DNA of 64,000 nucleotides from Botryllus schlosseri (taxonomy: Eukaryota): assembly GCA_051294905.1 (NCBI GenBank), contig CM119372.1:5644001-5708000 (forward strand), given 5' to 3'. This document shows, piece after piece, positions 25,242 through 38,548 of this stretch. Under the pieces are notes generated by a model. It saw nothing but the letters and a program-made list of their open reading frames with translations, had not been told where the DNA came from and ran no database searches. Within the stretch, counting starts at the first letter, position 1. Every line of letters starts with the position of its first letter. The translations under genes and the position numbers were made by a program.

Positions 25242-26537
25242 GTGCAGTTGTGCACCGTGCAGTTCCGATATCATTGTGCATTTGATGGTGGCAGATGGCA
25301 GATACCTCATATTAATCCGGTTTTGGTGAGCGCGCAAGTGGCAGCGGCAGCTAGAAGGATAATCAGAATTTAATATTCGTATGCAATAATTTGTCGTTTC
25401 TAATCCGCATAGCTGTTCGGCGTCTCGTAGCAGTATGGGGAGAAGATAGTCTTTTGTGCCTGACGCAATTTTTCCTAACCAGTGTACCTTGAGCATGAGA
25501 CAGTCGCAAGGGTTCCCGCGAGGTCAAGGTACACTCGCAATCCATACATATTATTTGTAATCGTCACTCAAACAGTAGCTGAATTGTGACTGTTGTGGCG
25601 TCTGGCATGTGCAATGCCGTAGGCAGGGGAGATTGGAGTACGAAATCGAAGCTCCGTCTTTCTGAAATGCCGAATCCGTCTCCAACATTTATACGCGCAT
25701 TAGTAATTAGGATATTGGTATCACGCTTTTGCGTTTCGACGTTGATACGATGACTCTTTCCAAGGTGAAGCCTAGCATTAATGAACCGGTTTCTTAATTA
25801 ATTAGATGTCTAGTTAGATGAGTGTTGTGGTAGACTTAGCAAGTATTTTGGGTTCCCGAAGGCTTGTGGATTATTTGGTGTTTTTCCAATCATTGACAAT
25901 GCTGTTCCTTGATCACTATTTCACATATAAGCCATTTTAACCAACATGCATAGCGTTGTACTACATGATCATAATGCCAGTAAACGTTAAGAGCCACTGG
26001 TGTAATGCGTAAGATAAACCAAAGCAGGTTTTAGTGAATTACCAAATCTGAGTCTGAGCAGAAAATCCAGTGCGGGTCTGGAGACAAAAAGTCTGCTCAA
26101 TATACGGGTCTGGAGACAAATTTACTTGCTATCGTGATTGGAATTACTACGGCGACGATGAGCACTTGTTTTTCAATATGTATTGTGAACCGCAACGATG
26201 CTTTGTGTGGCAACCCGTGGTTTCCAGCATGTTCTGTATTTGGCGTTGGAAAATTATGTTCCGCGTGGTATGGCATAGGCTGGAGACCGCGTGCTGCGAT
26301 TGTTGATGAGTTGGCTCATGGCTGAGAGCGTGCCTGATTATGATTATGGATGCGAGTGAGTACGTCTCTATGTTTGGTAGCGTAAAGCAGCAGCATGAAG
26401 TTGTTGTAGTACTAGGCAGCTATCGCGTAGTAGGTAGTTGGCTTTGTATTTGTAGGCTTGAGGTGGGTGTATCCTGTCGAAATTTCAGCGCGGATAGATT
26501 AGCTATGGGACACTAAATAATCACTGACGATATGTCT

Positions 26538-27263
26538 CAGGGCTTGCCAACCTTTTCAGCCAAAGGGCCACATTCGATTGACGAAAAGTTGCGCGGACCA
26601 CTAGCCGCGCGAAGCGCGAAAAAATTTTGAAGTTCACAGGTCAATTATATTGTCACCTGACTATATTGCAGGCCTGCTGTATATCGCTGGGCTCAGTTTG
26701 CAAGGACTGGGCTATTGGCGTCTGGACATATCGATGTCGAAAGTTTCGACCAACATGCGTCAATCATTTTGTGCCTAAAGTTTCATAGTCGACGGTCTTT
26801 CTGCGAGTGCAAACGCAAAGTCGCATATGTTGAACGACACTCTGTTTCGTAATTGCGAATATAGTCAAATTCAATCTGATACATTTTAGGCGTTCTTTCA
26901 TTTTCACAAAGGGGCAACAATATTCAAATCAAGAAATTGAGTGACAACATGTTGCGCGAAGCGTGTAGAAAATTTTTAATTTTGATAAACCTATCACAAA
27001 TTATTCTGCTTTTTAGTAGTGTACGAAGAACTGCGAATATGTCACTGGCTCATGGATCTGCCAATGCGTCTGAAATGATATTTTAGTCAGCACATCCCAA
27101 GTGTTGCGGCCGGACTAATCAAATTTTTGGTTGGCCTCACAAGTTCACAATCTGTGCAATCCATTTTTGATAACATTAGAAATTTCGGAAATTACGTCGC
27201 GGGCCACTCAAAACCTTCTCGTGGGCCACATGCGGCCCGCGGGCCACGGGTTTGCCGGCCCTG
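26538..27263. mobile_element. hAT MITE (same family as 48937-49622, inverted)
   Basis: CAGGGCTTGCCAACC...GGTTTGCCGGCCCTG; GGGCC/GCGGCCC motifs; TSD not evident. Confidence 0.8.
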
Positions 27264-29537
27264 ATCTAAGGAGTGATGTTGCACCATAGGTAGTCCGTAC
27301 TCGTCTGTAGATGGCAAGGCTGGTGCATGCAGTTTTATGCCTAGCTGTCGGAATAGGGTTTGTGGGTAGTTCGGTTGCTGTGCTGTGTCTAGTCGTTTAT
27401 TTCCGTTATCAATGTGTGTGCATTGCTATTATGAGAATATAAGTTCAATGGAAATCTCCGTATTGAGTACTGTGTCATATGGAATATAATCTTATTATAA
27501 TCGCATGGGCATGTGTCTCGTTGTGTTAGGCGATCGCAGAGACACGAGATCTCGGGCCCAGGAACACACACTTGCGCTACACTTAACAACGCTTAGCAGG
27601 TAATAACTAAGGAGTAGGGCTTGGCAAAATCGAGTATCTGTGTGATTCGGTTCTGACCGTGTGATAGTCGTCGAGTCGAGTACTGGGGTAGCCTATCATT
27701 GATAACTGCATGCAAGATATGGACAGTTGAAATATTTTATATACCTTTGATGCGATCACAAAGAATATAATGGCTGGGATTATTTGGTATTTTTCCGACA
27801 GTGCCTATTTCATTGCACTTTGCAACAGTGCGATTGGTTGATCAAGGCTTCACAGCCCTGTCGCGTACAGAGATCAATGAATATTTCGTTCCAAATGGCC
27901 TGAAAGGCGCTTAGTGGAGGGGTGGCGCGGTGGCGACCACCCAATACAAAATGTTTGTATGAATGTCGTCTGTGATTTCAGATTTTTGTATATTTCTATT
28001 GTCTGCTCAGTTCGATAAGCCAAACGAGACCGTCAGCGCTGTGATTAGCGAGTCCGTGATATCGCGTAAATGCCGACTATTACCAATACGGCAATATCAT
28101 TAACGGATAGGCGCGCGCAAATAATTGTAGGCTATACAGTATACACACACAGCTTCGTCGGCGCCGGCAAATTAGTGTTACAAATCAAAATGTTAAAGTC
28201 GGTTGTGGAATCAGTTCCGTAACGGAGCGGAATTCAGTTGATTCAGGCCTTTCTCATACTTGATTAGCGCGAATCAATTACGCCCGTAGTCTGTTTGCGG
28301 ATTCGAAGTTTGGGATGCACGTTGTCAGTCTGAAATTAATATGACACACAGTCGCTACGCAGAACGACATTGTCTCTATACATTGGAGAGATAGCAGGCA
28401 GGCTCGCAGCAGACGTGATAAATCAAGCCTGTGATGATAGCGCACAGCAGGAATGTCACTGAAATTTCGCGTACTGTATAGAATACCCGCGCTACTTTTG
28501 TACGATCTTGATAGCTAAGAACATAAGCAGACACTCGCTGCAAAGACACCCGAATAATTGTAATCGCACCATTTCTCGAGCAAAATCGACCGGCTGATCG
28601 GGGCCTACGTACGCTCCGGGCAGTGTGTCATCGGTTGCCTATTGAACCCTATGCGCATATCCTGAGAGTTTCCCGTTCAAAACTCGAAACCCCGTCCCTT
28701 CGAAATGCCAATTTCATATTTCGTGTGATATCGGTGCTGCGTACTGCAAATTAGCGAGAATCATTTGTGTGCAATATTGGGTCATCGACATGTGCTGTGC
28801 GCTATCGTCGTTGGTTTGATTTAGCGTCTGCATGCAGGCCTGCACGCTATAATCACTGGATTGAACTATCGCGTGCGCCGGGCCAGGATTGACATCGTCA
28901 CCAGCCTGAACTATCTTGTCTACAGCAGGCCTGACGCATGCGATCACATCGCTAGCCTAAACCATCGTATCTGTTACAGGCCTCGCATCATTTGCCTGCA
29001 AGCTCTATGTACGCGATTATTATGTCATTCTGGCTTAAGTCTGTCAACGTGAAATTGATTAAATTTGATTCTGCGTAATTGGCCGCGGACAAACTCCAAG
29101 AGGCTGATACTAAAACATAGTAGATGCGTCTTACCGCCGAGGCGAGTTATTAAAAGATGGGATGACTGGGATCAGTGTCATTACATAACAGATTCCACAA
29201 CAGTCTTGAACTCTTGATCATTTTGATTTGTGAAATAGTTCGTCGTCGCCGAAGTGACGTGTTCGTGCGCTTGTCGGTGAATAGTTGGTATTCATGCGAG
29301 ATCATGGAATCGGTAATTGACGGCACTGTCGGACTCGCTGGGGAGCTTGCGCGTATAATACACGTAAGTTCGCACTATAGCATTCACGCATGTACTCAAC
29401 CCTAATAAATTGATGCTACCATGGTTAATTTGAAGCAATTTAAAATCCCTCCCTTTTTCGGCAAAGCGACCTCGTGTAAACATAATAAAAGTCGCCGCCT
29501 GATGCCTGAAACCAGATCTTATGCAGTTTATATACGG

Positions 29538-30534
29538 CAGTGGTTCCCAACCTGTGGTACGCGTACCACTAGTGGTACGCGAAGGTCTTCCAGGTGGTAC
29601 GCGAGTAGATTCTGTTTACACAGCCAAAATATTTCTGACTCCTCCAATTCCAATTCGTTTTTATCGTAGATTTTGCACTGTCGGTGAACTTATCATTCGA
29701 TATTTTACAGCTTCTAGTCTACTTTATAGGCCTACCATTATAGACGCCCAATGTCTGCTCATCGTGAATCATAAACGGTCAAACGTAACAAATAGGTTGA
29801 CAATTGACATGGTGTTATGGTCAACGTAGCGCAATATCCTAACTGAAGTAAGGCTGCTTGGGCATTGCATGGTTCTTATATCAAGAAGCGAAAAATTGTG
29901 ATGTAGACTGCATTGTCACAATGAAGCAGCACGGTTTGTCATCAGCAGTGTACGCACAACTTCAGTGTTGTCAACCAACAACTGCTGCTGTTGAACGTTC
30001 TTTCTCCATTCTTGGCAAGCTACTTAGTAAAGACAGACACTTTCTACCCCAGAATGTAGAAAAGTATCTTTCGTTGTACTACAACAAGTTTCAATTACTT
30101 CTACCATAATACGTAGAGTGACTACTGGAATTCTTTATAGCGCCAGATATCCTTAAAACAAAGTTTTATGATGTAAATATTTGTCAGTTTCCAAGTCAAA
30201 AACGCCTTTTCAGGCCAAACTACTTCGTAAGGACATACTCTCCCATTCAGAAATGAAGTAGTACAGTTTTAACATCATGCGCAAAAACACCTACTTTGCA
30301 TACGTGAGGTCAAAATTTGCTAAAATTTAAGTTTTTTAGGTCAAAATCCTCCATTTATTGAGTAAAAAATCGCCATAGCTATTACACCACATAGGTCAAA
30401 TACGTGATTATGACGTCATAAATGGTGGAAACATTTTTGACCGCCTACGGCGCGCGTAACTTATGTAGGTGGTACGCGAGCACTGCATAAAACCTCCAAG
30501 TGGTACGTGGGTGGAAAAAGGTTGGGAAACACTG
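29538..30534 (+). mobile_element. Internally deleted hAT element
   Basis: CAGTGGTTCCCAACC...GGTTGGGAAACACTG; TSD atatacgg; remnant QPTTAAVERSFSILGKLLSKDR. Confidence 0.92.
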
Positions 30535-31064
30535 ATATACGGTCTATTTTATTAGCTGTATGACATATCCCAGCCATCGATGATAAGCCACAGGGTGCGT
30601 CGTGTGTTTGGGATTTTGTACTCGTCAAATGAAACATTACGAGTGCCACATCGAAGCATTCAAAATTAAAGGCCGCTGACATAGATGACAACCGAACTGA
30701 ACGCAGTTCGCAAAATATGTATCAAGTGGATTCGTTGTGTAATCAATAATTATAATATCTTCGGGCTGCCCTGTTGTTATTGCTACATCGTTGCATGTTC
30801 TTAATTGGTGACCGCCCATCTGCTATGTAAGCAAATGGCTAGAAGGCCACAATTTCACGGTGAAATTGACATTGGAGAATTTAAAGTAAAAGTAAATATT
30901 TGAATGCAAAACGAGAATGTTAGTTAACTGTTTCATGATATCATCGTCTCATCACCTATCTCAGTATGGAGCACAGTTAATGTTAGCACAGACACACCGG
31001 CTGTTGCGTGAAATCCGCATGCGTTGGGTAGGCTATAGTGTCAGATCGGCGCACATCTCTACCA

Positions 31065-31560
31065 TACTCGACCTCGATAACGAAATTACTGCCCTAATCA
31101 TTTGAGTGTCAACCTTGAGACTTGGCACAGCGTTCGATACTAAAATTAAGACATACCGTGCAAAAGCTCATGACAGATCTAGGTAAGGAGCATCGTTGAA
31201 ATCAATAGAGACCAATACCGGCTTTGCGTAAAATCTGTTAGTGATAAATGACGAGTCGGCTCTCACTCGACTTAGGAAACGAAATTACCACTAACATAGT
31301 TCAGTGAAAAACTTGAAACTTGGTACAGCGTTCGATACTAGCATTAAGACCGTGCCAAATGTCATGACCGATCTCGGTATGGAACATCGTCAAAATCAAT
31401 GGGCACCAATACCGACTTTTGAGTATAATCTGTTTGCGATACATGACGGATCAGCACACACGCAATTTCGGAAACGGAATAACTACCCTGATCTTTAAGT
31501 ACCAACCCTGAAACTTGGGGCAGTGTTAAATACCACTATCACGACAGAACACACCAAGCT
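31065..31560. repeat. Diverged ~190-bp tandem repeat, ~2.5 units
   Basis: Recurring TGA(A/G)ACTTGG..CAG(C/T)GTT at ~31114, ~31313 and ~31509. Confidence 0.75.
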
Positions 31561-32648
31561 TCAAGAATTATCATGGTGTGAAACACCGTCAAAATGGACC
31601 TATACCAGCAAAGATCGACTCGACGCATATAACGGTAACCGAGTTCAGATATAGATACGATTGTGACATCACACCTTAAGGCAGGGGTGGGCAAACTTTT
31701 GAGCTCGCGGGCCGCATTCGACATCTGAATCCATTCGCGGGCCGCACTATATAAAATTTGGACTATACACCAAAATTCAGTATTGGTATTTGAATATATC
31801 ATATAGTGATGACATGGAGCATTAGAGATAATATAGGCCTATGTGCTTATTCAATGCAAACCAAGCATTACTTTGATGATATCGGACAAGCGTGAGAAAC
31901 AGTGGCAAAATTTCATAGGCTGGTCTACCTCAATAACCGATTTGTCGGTTGTCCCGATTCTAAGAACAGGATTGAAATTTGAATCTGTGAGCAGCGATCT
32001 GTTCATAGATTTACCAATTCCACTTTTGGTACAGTTCCAGGACACACAATGCTGGCAGCATCATAACCATGTTAGCTTCAAAAACGCTTCTACTATGTGA
32101 GGACAAAATATAAGTACCCTAATTGTACGCATACAGAGAACGAATCTACCTAAGACACGCGTGAATCGCTATTATAAGCACACCATTGAAATATTTAAAA
32201 CTGAATCTGAAATCACACTCTTGATCCGAATTATGTCAATGTTGTTCAGGATTTCTGTGATGTTTACCAGTTGAAACCTTTTAGACTGCGTGGGCCTTGA
32301 GATCGGGCTGTCGCTTCAGAAATTGAACCTAAAAGTAATATAGGAAGTATGTACCCTTGAATCGTTTGTAAATCGTGCGGAGCGCGAAAAAAATTCAGTC
32401 GAGCTCAGCTTCGCGCCCCCTTGAGATGCTTTCACTACCCCCAAGGAGGGTGCGCCCCTCCGTTTGGCAACCACTGTCTTAAAATTATTATGGTGAAATA
32501 TACTAAGAAAAAGGTTAATCAAGTCTCTGCATGAATTCGATTTTTGGTACGCATTTTGTCAATATTTTTGATAAGTTTCTTTAGACTCTCGTGTGCCGCA
32601 CAGAACAGTGTTGAGGGCCGCATGCGGCCCGCGGGCCTTAGTTTGCCC

Positions 32649-35600
32649 GGGTGCCTTTATTTTGTACATGCAAGCTAATGAAAAGCTAATGCAGCTAATT
32701 AAGCTAATGAAAAGCTAATTAAGCTAATGAAAAGCTAATTAAGCTAATGAAAAGCTAATTAAGCTAATGAAAAGCTAATTAAGCTAATGAAAAAGTAAGC
32801 TAATGAAAAGTAAGCTAATGAAAGCTATTGACGCTGATGAAAAGCTAATTAAGCTAATGAAAAAGTAAGCTAATGGAAAGTAAGCTAATGAAAAGCTAAT
32901 GAAGCTAATGAAAAAGTAAGCTAATGAAAAGTACGCTAATGAAAAGCTAATGAAGCTAAAAGCTAATGACGGTAATAACTATGCTGTAGCACGGGGGCCT
33001 TTCGACCCGCCTGGCGGGAGCAGACCTTTTAACGTGACCCATGCATTTCAAAGGGGAGTTTGGACTTTGAAAATTTTCGAGCTCGCCTATACTTTAACGT
33101 GGGCGACATAATTGCCGCAACTTTGCCGCGGGTCGCCTACCCCAAAACACGCGGCTCTATGGCAAACCGGCTATACTTGCTCGGATCGTTTCCAGATTTC
33201 GTGTGAGCCTAGTCGTGGGGGGTGTTTGGCCGAGAATTTTTTTTTTAATTTCCCGAAAATTTTTTCGGACTTTCGGCTTCGTCTCTTTGCGGCGCTTCCA
33301 ACGAGGGGTCGAGCTTGGGGCTGGGCCTCGCAGGAGCCGAGCTACAACACGAAACGCCGTATCTCGGCTCCTGTGCGTCGTAGAGCTAAGCGAAGTCGAT
33401 TCGAGCTCCTGATAACAGAACGAGGACAAAAATCTGAAATATTTCTGCGACCTCCTAGAGCAGTGATTCCCAACCGCGGCCCCGAGGGCCGCATGCGGCC
33501 CGCAGCTAGCCTTCTTGCGGCCCCCCAAAAATATTAAGAAATCGAGTTATGACAAAATATAAAATTTGTATTTATAAAATACACTTGCTTGGCTTGGAGT
33601 CTGGAGTTTTTAATTAGGATTGCAGGAAAGTCGTGAGTAGACTGCTATCGTTACGTCACTGCTGTTTCAATGCAATGTACCATAACTTTCCAGTTGAACC
33701 AACAGTAGCTATAGATATAGGTAAAGACAGGACCATAACTGTCGCACGCCAAACCCCAAAAAAGGGGGGGACGAGCTCGAACGGGGCTCAACATTATTTC
33801 GTGAATTTGCATAAATTATAGAGTATTTTTTGAAAATTTATGCATCATTTTTTTTTTTGCTCTAGGCGTGATTTCATGCTGCCAAATATCTTGATTTTTG
33901 GGTACTCATCCCCAAGAAAAATGCGCAAGACTTATAGAAATGGGCATTGGGCATATCGGCGTTGGCCATTACCGCGTCACGACGCACCAACACATATTAA
34001 GTTTTAGGCCATGTAACATGCGACTCCAAGAAGTGTGTCAGAACGATCGGCAGCGAGAAAACCTTGGCTAAACGTCAGGACTGCCCTTATGCTGACCGAA
34101 AACTTCGTTATAGATACAAAATACTGTCTTGGCAATCTAAACCTCACGAGACAAACACTATCCTGCAGGGAAAAATTATACTCCAGTGAAGAAATACCGA
34201 TTTGAAATTGTGTGCGTCTCTTAGTTTAGAAGCCTACGTTTAGGCGATTCTATATTTTTTGAAATAACAGACAGGAGGTCACGAAATAACATGTTACAGA
34301 ATCCTACTAATGGTCCCTACAGTCTCCAAGACACCTCACTCAGCTCTACCGGTAAATCTGATTATATGAGCAGCGAGGTCAAGAAATTGATAGCAATATA
34401 TATAGGCTATGCAATTCCCGATCATATTGACCGATTTTATCATGAATTATCGAAAATTTTCACGCTTGGCGCTGGCTCACTTAACAGTAAGGTGATACGG
34501 GTAGGTTTATCACCCTATGGGAGCCCAAGACCCAAGTTTACTATTATTATTATTTTGGGGGTGGGGGAGGGGGCTGACGAAGTGCTGTTTCGTTCCTGCC
34601 AACGGGTATACGCACGAAGATGTTTAATTATTATTGAGGGTCCCTTCCTTTTCAAACACGCCTCTCTCGGCTCTACCTGTAAAACTGATTATGTGAGCAG
34701 AGAAAGGATAAAAATTGATGGCAATTTATATGCAATTCCCGATCAGATTGGCCGATTCAATCATGAATTACAGAAAATTATCGCGCATGGCGCGTCTAAG
34801 CGATAAAACCGGACTCACTAAATCGCCCCGAAAGCAGCATAATTGGTAGTCCTATAGCTCACGACCGAAGCGTCCGCATAATTCGATAGGTTCGGTCTTT
34901 ATCGAAAGCTAGTGTCGCACTGATTCCAAGAATTTAAATTGAAATCTCGCCAGGGCAATAAAACTACTTCGAAATAGCCACCAAAGGTCGATTGTTCTGA
35001 TCAATGGGAGCGCAGCAACAGAATGACCATAACCAATGGCCAATGGCGTCAAGCGATTGATCGGAACAATGCCAATTTTCATATTGTGATGACTATTTTG
35101 GGTCCGTTTCATTGCCCTGGTACTCGTGCGGCCCCCACCGTACTCTGAAACTCTAAATTTGGCCCTGACACCGAAAAAGGTTGGGAACCACTGTCCTAGA
35201 GCCACGCCGAGGGTACCGGCGTGTTCTACTGCGTCCGCTGCGTCGAACGATACCAGAAAAGTGGGAATCGAAAAAAAAATTGAAAATTTTTTTTTTCGAA
35301 AAAACGATCAAGTCCAACTTCCCTATCCTTTAACATGGCGGCGAAATTGAAAAAAAAATGAAGTCCGAAAAGATTTTCGGAAAATATTTAAAAATTCTCT
35401 CGGCCAAACACCCCCAACGACTAGGCTCACACGAAATCTGGGACCGATCCGAGCAAGTATAGCCGGTTTGCCATAGGACCGCGTGCTTTGGGGTAGGCGA
35501 CGCGCGGCAAAGTTGCGGCAGTTATGTCGCCCACGCTAAAGAATAGGCGAGCTCGAAAATTTTCAAAGTCCAAACTCCAAACAAACAAACAAACCGTCAT

Positions 35601-35929
35601 TGGCTATTAGCTTCATTAGCTTTTCATTAGCGTACTTTTCATTAACTTACTTTTTCATTAGCTTAATTAGCTTTCCATTAGCTTCATTAGCTTTTCATTA
35701 GCTTACTTTCCATTAGCTTACTTTTTCATTAGCTTAATTAGCTTTTCATTAGCTTCATTAGCTTTTCATTAGCTTACTTTTCATTAGCTTACTTTTTCAT
35801 TAGCCTAATTAGCTTTTCATTAGCTTAATTAGCTTTTCATTAGCTTTTCATTAGCTTAATTAGCTTTTCATTAGCTTAATTAGCTGCATTAGCTTTTCAT
35901 TAGCTTGCATGTACAAAATAAAAGCACCC
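32649..35929. mobile_element. Foldback (MULE-like) element with long modular TIRs
   Basis: GGGTGC..TTTATTTTGTACATGC termini; 9-bp TSD agtttgccc; inverted AAGCTAATGAA arrays plus unique inverted arms (~33056-33260 vs ~35375-35578). Confidence 0.9.
33461..35193. mobile_element. hAT MITE inside the foldback element
   Basis: CAGTGATTCCCAACC...GGTTGGGAACCACTG; TSD tcctagag. Confidence 0.9.
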
Positions 35930-36758
35930 AGTTTGCCCACCCCTGCCTTAAGGGCAACCGGGCTATGTTTCCCCACCTGCTCGGTAATTTTATGAATAGG
36001 AGAGAGTAAATCACCGTCTCTTTATTGTGTGCGGCTTTGAGAGAATAGACAGTGAAAGCTTGTTTTGAGCGCTACCAGGGCATGCCCCGGCTAGGCATTC
36101 TCAAAGCGAAAACACGGAAGATAATTCGATTTTCGCAGAGGCGTTGCTATATATGGGCATTTACAAGCGAAAGCACAAGAAGAATGCGATTTTTGCTGTG
36201 ATTTCGTTCGGTATATATTGATTGCTGCGCGTCTATAAATGATAAATAATTGTTACTGAACCGAATTTTAGGTGGGGCAATGCCCCAGTTGCCCTATAGG
36301 ACGAGCCGCCACTGTGAATAACCATGGATATCTATGCACCAATGTGGAATATGTTGTCGTAATGCAGGGTCGATGACCGAATGTTTTCACCGATTAGAAG
36401 TACGTGCTTTGTTTTGAGTGCCGTACTCTATTCATTTTGTAATTAGAGGAAAAGCTTCTAAATGCTCTTGAAGGCGGCCCGGTTTATTAACATGCTTTTC
36501 AAGTCCCCCGCCCAGAATCCTTGCAGATTTTGGTATCACACTATTCACTCACCAAGTATTCACATAATTTTGAAGATCCGGCTGCTACTCCTTTTCTTCT
36601 AATTTTTATTTAAGGAGAGATTTGTGCGAGAGACGCAATCGCATCCGCTAACGTAAAGTTTTGTCGGGAATGACTATCACTTCCATGATATTTTAAAATA
36701 ATATTCTACACCTTTTTCTCAGTGCATGAAAATTACAATAACATTGAAACTACTACAG

Positions 36759-38548
36759 CAGTGGTTCCCAAACTTTTTCGGTGTGAGGGCCAAATTTAGA
36801 ATTTCAGAGTACGGTCGGGGCCGCACGAATACTACGGACCCAAACAGTGATCATGACTATTTCGGAGTAGTTTTATTGCCCTGGCGAGATTTCAAAACTG
36901 TACACTGTTTACCGCTACTTATCTGCTGCATTGGGTGTCCGTTGAGTGAATCAGCTTTTCTAGCCTAAACGCGCGAAGCGAGAAATTTCTTTAGTTTCAT
37001 GACTGAATCGGTCAATATGTTCGGGTATTGCATGTATTGCTATCAATTTTCATCATGTCTCTGTTCACGTAATCTGATTTAGGCTACCGGTAGAGCTGAG
37101 TGAGGTGTGTTTGAAAAGGTATAGGCCCCTCAATAGTAATTAAACATGTCTGGGGTATACCCGTTGGCAGGAACGTAACAGCACTTCGGCGGGACCCCGG
37201 GCTCCTATAGGGTCATGAACTGACCCCGCATCACGTTGTTCGCTGTTGCCACGAAATTAAAGCTGTAGCCTACTGTTTAGTGAGACAGCGCGACGCGCGA
37301 ATATTTCGATAATTCATGATAAAATCGGTGAATAAGATCGGGAATTGCATGGTTGTCCTCTTTGCCCACGTAATCAGATTTACTGGTAGATATGAGTGAG
37401 ACGTGTCTTTGAAACTGCAGACCCCGTAAAATTAAACATCTTCGGGCTGCCGGACCCCTAGGTATGACTTCTTTACATGATGTTATTTCGTGGCGCCTTT
37501 ATGGACAATTAAACCTATATGTGTTTGTATATATAACGAGGTTTTTGGTATTTCGAAGTTTTTGGTCAGCATAAAGCAGTCCTTCACGGCCAAGGCTTTC
37601 TCGCTGCTGATCGTTCTGACACACTTCTTGGAATCACATGTCTGGGTGCGTTGTGGTGCGGTCATGGTCAACGCTGATATGCCCATTTCTAGAAATCTTG
37701 CGTATTTTTTCTTGGGGAAGAGTACCCAATAATCACAATATTTGGCGAATTGAAATCTCGTACAGGGCGAAAATTTTTTGAAAAAGTTACATAAATTTTC
37801 AAAAATTACTCTATAATTTATGCTAATTCACTAAATAATTTTGGGCCCCCTTCGAGCTCGGCCCCCCTCAATTGGGGGGTTTGGGGTGCGGCAGTTATGG
37901 CCCTGACTATAGGACTACCAATTATGCGGGTTTTAGCCGGCTAAGCAGTATGCATCTCGGCGTATTCAACCGTGAGTCACGTGTTGCACATCTAGTTACC
38001 ATAGGGTTACAATACGTCCTCTTTTAAGATGATTTGTCCTCTTTTTGTTTTTGAGATTTTGTCCTCTTTTTTGAGGATTTTGGTTACATATAGGGCTAAA
38101 TTCGCCTGATATACATTAATTCAGCACTGTAGGAACGCTACGGCTGCTATTTCGTGAGCTGGACCAGAAAGTTTACCTTTTTTTCAGTCAACCACCTGTT
38201 AATGTGGAAGAAAAACTGTATTTTCCGGGAATTGAGCCTCTTTTTTATTTCTAGTCAAGCGACCACTAAGTGGGAAAAATTTACCATTTTTTCAGGATTT
38301 TCCTCCGGTTTTGAAAGTTATCAATACGGTACCTATTTATATCTATAGCTACTACTCGTTCAACTGGAAAGTTGGGGCACATTGCATTGAAACAGCAGTG
38401 ACGTAACGTTAGCAGTCTGTACTCACAACTTTCCTGCAAGCAAGAGTATCTTATAAATATAAATTTTATTTTTTGTCATAAATCGATTTCTTAATATATT
38501 TTGGGGGCCGCAAGAAGGCTATCTGAGGGCCGCACTTGGGAATCACTG
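36759..38548. mobile_element. hAT MITE, inverted relative of 33461-35193, with a nested small MITE (~38001-38335)
   Basis: CAGTGGTTCCCAA...TTGGGAATCACTG; TSD tactacag/tacttcag. Confidence 0.85.

Larger units (their letters stand above)
31682..35945. mobile_element. hAT MITE (outer layer of nest; family of 49627-50827)
   Basis: CAGGGGTGGGCAAACT...AGTTTGCCCACCCCTG; TSD ccttaagg. Confidence 0.9.

Noticed and set aside
25250..26520. Possible old LINE remnant or 136-aa ORF
   Set aside because: Strand-biased composition but no diagnostic motif that I could verify.
34291..34806. 171-aa ORF
   Set aside because: Inside a MITE; related copies at 37 and 53 kb are not open.
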